Positions 58,342-64,000 of a stretch of 64,000 nucleotides of DNA are shown here, in pieces. The notes below the pieces were generated by a model. It was not told the DNA's origin and made no database searches. It was given only the letters and a program-made list of their open reading frames with translations. This DNA comes from Devosia sp. (GTDB lineage: Bacteria > Pseudomonadota > Alphaproteobacteria > Rhizobiales > Devosiaceae). Each line of letters starts with the position of its first letter. The stretch's first letter is position 1. The stretch spans positions 121,789 through 185,788 of the forward strand of contig JAYRZB010000005.1 of NCBI GenBank assembly GCA_041916675.1. Direction: 5' to 3'. Both the position numbers and the translations under genes were made by a program.

Positions 58342-58366
58342 ATTAACAGAAAGTAAAGCCGAGCTT
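58342..58366 (+). promoter_or_regulatory. EPS-cluster motif copy 4 (ATTAACAGAAAGTAAAGCCGAGCTT), most divergent copy
   Basis: In the divergent PCP/Wzx intergenic region, about 25 nt before the Wzx ORF start. An extra TTAA-N6-TTAAC lies at 58333-58347. Confidence 0.35.
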
Positions 58367-58390
58367 CCCCGAATGTGACAAACAGGAAGT

Positions 58391-59740
58391 GTGAAACCCG
58401 GCACGCCGGTTGCGCACAAATTTGCTAGTCGTGGACCGCGGAGACGGCAGTTGCCGTTACAATTTTCTGAAAAATCTCGCCGGTTACTACCGCTTGCCCT
58501 GTCATACATGGGATCGGGCGGGAGCCTTCTGGCGTCGGTTGCAGCGCAATTGATCACCTTTGCCGTGCTGGCCCGCTTTCTCGGCGTCGAGCAGTTCGGG
58601 CTCTATGCCGCCATGACCGCCCTGACCAATGTGGGTGTGCAGATGTGCGGCCTGGGCGCGCAGGAATCGCTGATCCGGCGGGTGGCGCAGGATCGGACCA
58701 TGTATCCGGTGATGCTGGGACACGCCACCCTCCTCAGCGCCGGAAGCGGGATCGTTCTCGTGCTGATCGGTCTGCTGGTCCTGCCGGTCATGTTCCATGT
58801 GTCGAACGATGTTCTGATCAATATCGAAACGGCAGCGCTGATCCTGGTCACCAATATCATGGTGCTCAAGGCCATTTCCCTGCCGACCCAGGCGTTCCTG
58901 GCGCATTCGGACTTTGCCTCGGCCAACAAGATCGATGTGTTTTATGCGCTATCCCGGACGGCGGCCGCCGTTCTGGCCTGCTTTGTGTTTGGTGTGTCGA
59001 CAACCGCGCAATGGGCCTACTGGCACTTTGGCGTGCATGCGGTGGTGGCCGGGGTAGCGATGTTTTCAATCCGCGGTCTGGGGCGGCCACGGTTTGAGCT
59101 GGTGCGCAGTGAGATCCGCATAGGGGTTCTGTTCAGCACCCAGTTCATCTTTCGGGCACTGCGGCAGAATGCCGACATGCTGGTGCTGAGCGCGGTGACG
59201 GGGGCCGAGGTGCTGGGCAGCTATTCGCTGGCGCGGCGGATCCTCGACAGTTCCTATACGTCAGTTGAGGCGCTCAACCGGCTGATTTATCCGGGTTCCG
59301 CCTCTGCGGCGGTCAACGGAGTGCACGGTGCGCTTGAGCGCACCAAAAAGGTGCTGGTGGCGGCCTTTGCCATTGCAACAGCCAGTGCGACGGCGATCTT
59401 TGTGCTGGCGCCGCTCCTGCCCTGGCTGTTCGGGGAAGAATATGTGTCTTTGGTCGGCTTTACCCGCATCCTGTGCTGGGCGGTCATTCCAACTGCGATC
59501 TACGCGGTGGCGCTCGAAGCGCTGGGGGCATCGGGGCTGCAGGGTGCACGCGCGGCGATCCTGAACAGTACGAACCTGGTTGGCGCCGGCGTGGTCGCGC
59601 TTGCAACCTGGTGGTTTGCGGCTAACGGAACCTTCGCGGCTTACTACCTGATTGAGATCACGACAGTGGTCATCGCCTGGGTGGTATTGCTGCATTTCGC
59701 GCAGGTGCACCGCGCGCAGGCCGCCGCCATTAACCCTTAG
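58391..59740 (+). CDS. Wzx-type oligosaccharide flippase (polysaccharide biosynthesis protein)
   Basis: 449 aa, roughly 12-14 TM segments. LITFAVLARFLGVEQFGLYAA is the typical MOP/Wzx N-terminus. Start is uncertain: GTG 58391 or ATG 58508. Confidence 0.8.
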   Translation: MKPGTPVAHKFASRGPRRRQLPLQFSEKSRRLLPLALSYMGSGGSLLASVAAQLITFAVLARFLGVEQFGLYAAMTALTNVGVQMCGLGAQESLIRRVAQDRTMYPVMLGHATLLSAGSGIVLVLIGLLVLPVMFHVSNDVLINIETAALILVTNIMVLKAISLPTQAFLAHSDFASANKIDVFYALSRTAAAVLACFVFGVSTTAQWAYWHFGVHAVVAGVAMFSIRGLGRPRFELVRSEIRIGVLFSTQFIFRALRQNADMLVLSAVTGAEVLGSYSLARRILDSSYTSVEALNRLIYPGSASAAVNGVHGALERTKKVLVAAFAIATASATAIFVLAPLLPWLFGEEYVSLVGFTRILCWAVIPTAIYAVALEALGASGLQGARAAILNSTNLVGAGVVALATWWFAANGTFAAYYLIEITTVVIAWVVLLHFAQVHRAQAAAINP

Positions 59741-59756
59741 TTAAGCATGCGCTTTG
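59729..59756 (+). promoter_or_regulatory. EPS-cluster motif copy 3 (ATTAACCCTTAGTTAAGCATGCGCTTTG)
   Basis: Overlaps the Wzx stop codon. About 60 nt upstream of the priming transferase ORF. Confidence 0.45.
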
Positions 59757-59812
59757 TCGCGGCCGAACCGACCACTACTAATTGGTTGGAAATGAAACTA
59801 AGGTCCTGATCC

Positions 59813-61267
59813 GTGGTTGATGTCGGCCTGCCACTATCGAAATCCCCGACGCGCCCGGCGCCACGCCCGCAGGTGGTGGCGATGGAAATCCTGTGTGTGC
59901 TGCTGGCGATTATCGACGGCACCATGGCCGGTGGGTCGTTTCTGGTCACAGCGCTGTTTTACCATCATTTCGTGATCCTGAGCGGCGTGGATGCGGGGCA
60001 GTTGCTGTTGTTTTTCGGCTTCGCCGCGGTGCTGGGCATGGCTTATGCGACGTTGTCGTTCAGCGTTTATGCCAGCCTGCTTGAGCGGCAGGATTCCCCG
60101 CACGTGACCATGGCCAAGACGCTCTATGGCTGGCTGGCAACCTTCGGGGTGGCGCTGCTGCTCGCCTTCGTCGTTGGGGTGGTGGGCGACCTGTCGCGCG
60201 TTTCGATTGTCTCGGCGTTTGTTCTGGGCCTGCCGCTGGCGCTGCTGCTGCGCATGCGCCTAGCGCGGTCGCTGGCGCGGCGTGCATCCGATGGCAGCCT
60301 GCACTTCCAGAAGGTTGCCATCGTCGGGCGGCGTGAACTGGTGGTCAACTATCTGCTCAAGTCCAACATCTGGCAGCACGGACGCAAGCTATCGGCCGCG
60401 CTCTATCTCGACGATGTGGGTGGAACTGACGGTGCGGTTGATCTTGATGCCGTGCGGGCCTTTGTGAGCGATGCGCTGGGCAAGAATGTCGAGAGCGTGA
60501 TCTTTGTTGCCGACCAGGCAAGCGCGACGGTCAATCGCGGCATCATTGATCTCTTGCGCCGGGTATCGATCAATATCGACTATGTGCCGGTCGAGCTGTC
60601 GCAGTTCCGCTTTCTCGATGTCATCCGCATTGGGGCGACAACAGCGCTGCGGATTGCCCGCAGGCCGCTCGATGGGCGGGCGCTGTTCATCAAGCGGGTC
60701 TTTGATGTCACCGCCGCTGGTGCCGGACTGATCGCGCTCTCGCCGCTGCTGGCGATCGTCGCCCTCGCCATAAAGCTTGAAACGCCCGGACCGGTGTTCT
60801 TCAGGCAGGAGCGTCGCGGGTTCAATGGCTCGACCTTCCGGATATGGAAGTTCCGCTCCATGAGCGTGCTCGAGAACGGCGATGCGGTGGCTCAGGCCCG
60901 GCGCGGCGACCTGCGGATCACCCGAGTGGGGCGCCTGATCCGTGCAACCAGCATTGATGAGTTGCCGCAGCTGTTCAATGTCATCATCGGCAATATGAGC
61001 CTTGTCGGCCCGCGCCCGCATGCGGTGTCGCACGATGCCGAACTCATCGGCAAGCTCGATGACTTCGCCTATCGCAACCGCATCCTGCCCGGCATTACCG
61101 GCTGGGCACAGGTGAACGGCCAGCGCGGGGAAACCGTGAGCATGGAGCAGATCGAGGCCCGGGCCTTCTATGATCTGTACTACGCCGAAAACTGGTCGCT
61201 GCTGCTCGACCTGTGGATCATCGTGCTGACGGTGTTCTCGCCCCGCACGCATCGCGGTGCCTTTTGA
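59813..61267 (+). CDS. undecaprenyl-phosphate hexose-1-phosphate transferase (WbaP/ExoY-type priming sugar transferase)
   Basis: 484 aa. N-terminal TM block, and a C-terminal bacterial sugar transferase domain ([20 protein letters not shown]...[24 protein letters not shown]...[21 protein letters not shown]). Start could be ATG 59882. Confidence 0.9.
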   Translation: MVDVGLPLSKSPTRPAPRPQVVAMEILCVLLAIIDGTMAGGSFLVTALFYHHFVILSGVDAGQLLLFFGFAAVLGMAYATLSFSVYASLLERQDSPHVTMAKTLYGWLATFGVALLLAFVVGVVGDLSRVSIVSAFVLGLPLALLLRMRLARSLARRASDGSLHFQKVAIVGRRELVVNYLLKSNIWQHGRKLSAALYLDDVGGTDGAVDLDAVRAFVSDALGKNVESVIFVADQASATVNRGIIDLLRRVSINIDYVPVELSQFRFLDVIRIGATTALRIARRPLDGRALFIKRVFDVTAAGAGLIALSPLLAIVALAIKLETPGPVFFRQERRGFNGSTFRIWKFRSMSVLENGDAVAQARRGDLRITRVGRLIRATSIDELPQLFNVIIGNMSLVGPRPHAVSHDAELIGKLDDFAYRNRILPGITGWAQVNGQRGETVSMEQIEARAFYDLYYAENWSLLLDLWIIVLTVFSPRTHRGAF

Positions 61268-61406
61268 GGAAAGCTTGTACGTAGTGTCCCTGATTACCCA
61301 AAAAAATGTCGACCGTTTGCCGGGTGGGGCAGCACCTGTTTTACCATCGCTTGCGGTGGCGGGGATTAGTCGGGGTGCTGTTGCAGATCGTCCGGCGGCA
61401 AAGCCG

Positions 61407-62567
61407 ATGCGCGAGGCCAGTGCGTCAGTTGAGGCCGAGCCGGAACTGCATATCAGCGTGGATACGGCCATGCCCGCGATCTGGCCGTCGGCGGCAGACC
61501 CTGCCGGGGCGGTGCTGCATGTGTTCCAGAGCCGCGAGTTCATTGAGGTCTGGCAGGCCAGCTATGGGGCCAGCGCGCGGCGAAAGCCCTATTTTGTGAC
61601 CGTGCAGGACGCAAAAGGGCAAGTTCTGACGCTCGCCGGATTCTGCATCCAGAGCAGGGGCGGGGGGCGTGTGCTCACGTTTATTGATGACGGTATTGCC
61701 GATTACAATGGGGCGGTCATCTACCCCACCGGGGTGAACTGGACCGAGGCGCGAGCCAAAAGGCTGTGGAAGGCAATCCTTGCGGCGCTGCCGCCGGTTG
61801 ATCTGGTTGAACTTGAGAAAGTGCCTGCCGAGATCGGGGGGCAGGTCAATCCATTCCATTTCGTTACCGATACTGCCCATCCGGAATCGGCGCATGGCCG
61901 GAATCTGCAACCCAGCTGGGCCGAGATCGAGGCCAAACAAGCCGAGCTTAAGAGCATCAAGCGAAAGTGGCGCAAGCTCGAAGCGCTGGGCGCACTACGT
62001 TTTCACGTGGCTGAGGGACAGCAGGACATTGAGCGGGTTCTGGCGCGGGCGCTGGAGCAGAAGCAACGCCGGTTCGAGCAAACCCGCATTGCCGGCTTTG
62101 ATCGCGACCCGGAAAAACTCAGCTACTTTGTGACCGCGACAGAACGGTTTGGTGCAATCGGTCGGCTGCAGCTGTGTGCGCTTGAGCTCGACGGGCAGAT
62201 TCTGGCGACGACCTGGAGCCTAGTGCTGGGGCGGACCGTTTATGAAATCATGATCGGGCATGAAGGAGGGGATTGGGCCAAGTATTCGCCGGGCCGGATC
62301 CTCAATCTGATGCAAATGGCCTGGATCAAGGAGCATGGCTTCACCTATCTCGACCATGGCGTGGGTGATGAAAGCTGGAAGCTTGAACACTGCGACACGC
62401 ACGTGGCGCTGCAGCGCCTGCAACAGGCGCTGACCTTTCGGGGCTGGGCGATGTTGTGGCGCAATCGCGTGCTCGAGCGGCTGCGCAAGACCAATGTCTG
62501 GCCACGCCTGCGGGCGCTGAAGTGGGCGCTACAGCGCCGGATGCGCGGGCACGCGGACCCATCCTGA
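61407..62567 (+). CDS. CelD/BcsL-like GNAT-fold acyltransferase (FemAB-related)
   Basis: VFQSREFIEVW..., KRKWRKLEALG, and ELDGQILATTWSLVLGRTVYEIMIGHE...YSPGRIL resemble the COG5653 family. Start is uncertain: 61257 (GTG) or 61407 (ATG). Confidence 0.65.
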   Translation: MREASASVEAEPELHISVDTAMPAIWPSAADPAGAVLHVFQSREFIEVWQASYGASARRKPYFVTVQDAKGQVLTLAGFCIQSRGGGRVLTFIDDGIADYNGAVIYPTGVNWTEARAKRLWKAILAALPPVDLVELEKVPAEIGGQVNPFHFVTDTAHPESAHGRNLQPSWAEIEAKQAELKSIKRKWRKLEALGALRFHVAEGQQDIERVLARALEQKQRRFEQTRIAGFDRDPEKLSYFVTATERFGAIGRLQLCALELDGQILATTWSLVLGRTVYEIMIGHEGGDWAKYSPGRILNLMQMAWIKEHGFTYLDHGVGDESWKLEHCDTHVALQRLQQALTFRGWAMLWRNRVLERLRKTNVWPRLRALKWALQRRMRGHADPS

Positions 62568-62620
62568 GCGCCCGCGGGACCGGGGCTCAGGTCAGTTCGT
62601 CCTTTTGGGGATGCCGCCCT

Positions 62621-63856
62621 TCAGGCCCATTCACCTTTGCGCATGACGGGGGTGGCCGAGCCATCGGCATTGATGCCATCGATATCGATCTGGCCCGAGC
62701 CGATCATCCAGTCGATATGGATCAGGCTTGAATTGCCGCCCTGGGCTGCAACCTGTTCGGGGGTGATGGTATCGCCGCCCACAAAGCAGGAATGATAGCA
62801 CTGGCCCAGCGCAATGTGGCTCGAGGCGTTCTCATCGAACAAGGTGTTGAAGAACAACAGCCCGCTTTTCGAGATCGGGGACGAATGCGGTACCAGCGCA
62901 ACTTCGCCGAGACGGCGGGCGCCCTCGTCGGTATCGAGCAGTTTGTTGAGTACGGATTCGCCCTTGCTGGCCTTGGCCTCGACGATGCGGCCGGCCTCGA
63001 AGCGAACCTGGATGTCGTCGATCAGCGTGCCGTTATGCGAAAGCGGCTTGGTGCTCGACACATGGCCATCGACCCGCAGGCGGTGCGGGGTGGTGAAGAC
63101 TTCTTCGGTGGGAATATTGGCATCGCAGACGATGCCGTTCTTGGCGACTGAGGAACCGCCATGCCACTCGTGGCCATCGGCGAGGCCGACGGTCAGCGCC
63201 GTGCCCGGGCCGGTGTAGCGCAGGGCCGAGAAGCGGCGCTCGTTCAGCGATTTGGTGTGGCGCTTGAGCACGACGTTGTGCTCGTCCCAGGCCGCGATGG
63301 GGTCTTCGACGTCGACGCGGCTGGCGGCAAAAATGGCATCGGCAAGCTTGCGCACCGCAATATCGGGGGCATCGCCGGGGAAGACGCGGGCGGCCCAGGA
63401 GGCGGTGGGATAGGAAACGATGGACCAGTTGATCTCGAAGCTGGTGATCTTTTCGAGCGCCGGGCGATAGGCGATCGAGCGGGCGCGGTTGGCGCGGGAC
63501 ACCTTTTCGGTATCCTGCCCGGCGAGCAGCATGGGGTCTTCGCCAACGATGGCCATGCGGGCGGTGTTGGCGCCATAGGCCTTGGCCATGCCTTCATAGA
63601 GCCAAGCCTCGGCGCGATCAAAGCTGAGATCGGGGGCGTGGCGATAGCGGGCAAGGGTTGCTTCCTCGTCGGAATAGATGGTGGTGACGAGGCCCGCACC
63701 GGCCTTGTAGGCCTCGGCGGTGATCAGGCGCACCAGCGGCAGGGCGGCAATGGGAGCGGTAAGCAGCAGATCCTGACCCGGCTCGAGGTGCAGGCCGACC
63801 TTGATGGCAACCTGGGCGAGCTTTTCAAGCTTGGTGGTATCGATGGGCGCGGTCAT
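62621..63856 (-). CDS. M29-family aminopeptidase (AmpS/PepS type)
   Basis: 411 aa. LEKLAQVAIKVGLHLEPGQDLLL N-terminus, EEVFTTP, and the HIALG...HIDWMIG metal-site motifs. Confidence 0.9.
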   Translation of the reverse strand: MTAPIDTTKLEKLAQVAIKVGLHLEPGQDLLLTAPIAALPLVRLITAEAYKAGAGLVTTIYSDEEATLARYRHAPDLSFDRAEAWLYEGMAKAYGANTARMAIVGEDPMLLAGQDTEKVSRANRARSIAYRPALEKITSFEINWSIVSYPTASWAARVFPGDAPDIAVRKLADAIFAASRVDVEDPIAAWDEHNVVLKRHTKSLNERRFSALRYTGPGTALTVGLADGHEWHGGSSVAKNGIVCDANIPTEEVFTTPHRLRVDGHVSSTKPLSHNGTLIDDIQVRFEAGRIVEAKASKGESVLNKLLDTDEGARRLGEVALVPHSSPISKSGLLFFNTLFDENASSHIALGQCYHSCFVGGDTITPEQVAAQGGNSSLIHIDWMIGSGQIDIDGINADGSATPVMRKGEWA

Positions 63857-63889
63857 GAAAGCTCCGTGGATTCGAAAATGAGTTGCCGT

Positions 63890-64000
63890 TTCAGATAGCG
63901 CGGCCAGGCGCGCCGTGCCAGAGCGTTGAACGCAGGAAAGCGAGGATGAACAGCAGGCTCATCAGCAGCACGATGGTGGGGGCGGGGGCGCTATTTACGA
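63890..64000 (-). CDS. 3' end of an unidentified membrane protein gene (partial, runs off the window end)
   Basis: My own minus-strand translation gives ...NSAPAPTIVLLMSLLFILAFLRSTLWHGAPGRAI-stop (stop at 63890-63892). Hydrophobic helix, high GC3. Not in the ORF track because the start lies outside the window. Confidence 0.3.

Overview
High-GC (about 62-68% by hand counts of sample lines) alphaproteobacterial chromosome segment, probably Hyphomicrobiales-like. Coding is dense and mostly housekeeping or catabolic. All family calls come from reading the translated ORFs and recalling family signatures; no searches were run.

Gene order:
- 5' part of a FliK-like gene, truncated at the window start
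- mnmA
- an ECF sigma factor translationally coupled to a membrane vWA (YfbK-like) protein
- tRNA-Met(CAU), followed by a lower-GC accessory patch: a three-gene HigA-like / HTH-ImmA-IrrE peptidase / DUF4411 module, an AlkB-like dioxygenase and two small secreted proteins
- a roughly 19-kb catabolic supercluster: RraA-like, M20 deacylase, DUF35 + SCP-x thiolase, TetR, aminotransferase, MFE-2-type SDR, MaoC hot-dog hydratases, acyl-CoA ligase, GNAT, and hydantoinase/oxoprolinase B and A subunits flanking a complete Liv-type ABC importer
- adhC-gfa (glutathione-dependent formaldehyde oxidation)
- a TerC-family gene, then ugpBAEC
- an MCP-cheW pair
- the NAD-linked formate dehydrogenase operon fdsGBA-fdhD-fdsD
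- a small XRE regulator and a SulP/STAS transporter
- a roughly 13-kb Wzx/Wzy-type exopolysaccharide cluster
- an M29 aminopeptidase

Most interesting non-obvious signals:
1. A near-identical 21-bp imperfect palindrome occurs three times and ties the catabolic operons into one putative TetR regulon.
2. Two tandem structured-RNA-like modules lie between the TerC gene and ugpB, with compensatory stem changes and conserved internal loops.
3. A roughly 27-bp motif resembling a CtrA box (TTAA-N7-TTAAC) sits ahead of all four plus-strand units of the EPS cluster.
4. The tRNA-proximal tripartite peptidase/PIN-like toxin-antitoxin or defence candidate.

No CRISPR array, transposase or integrase was seen.
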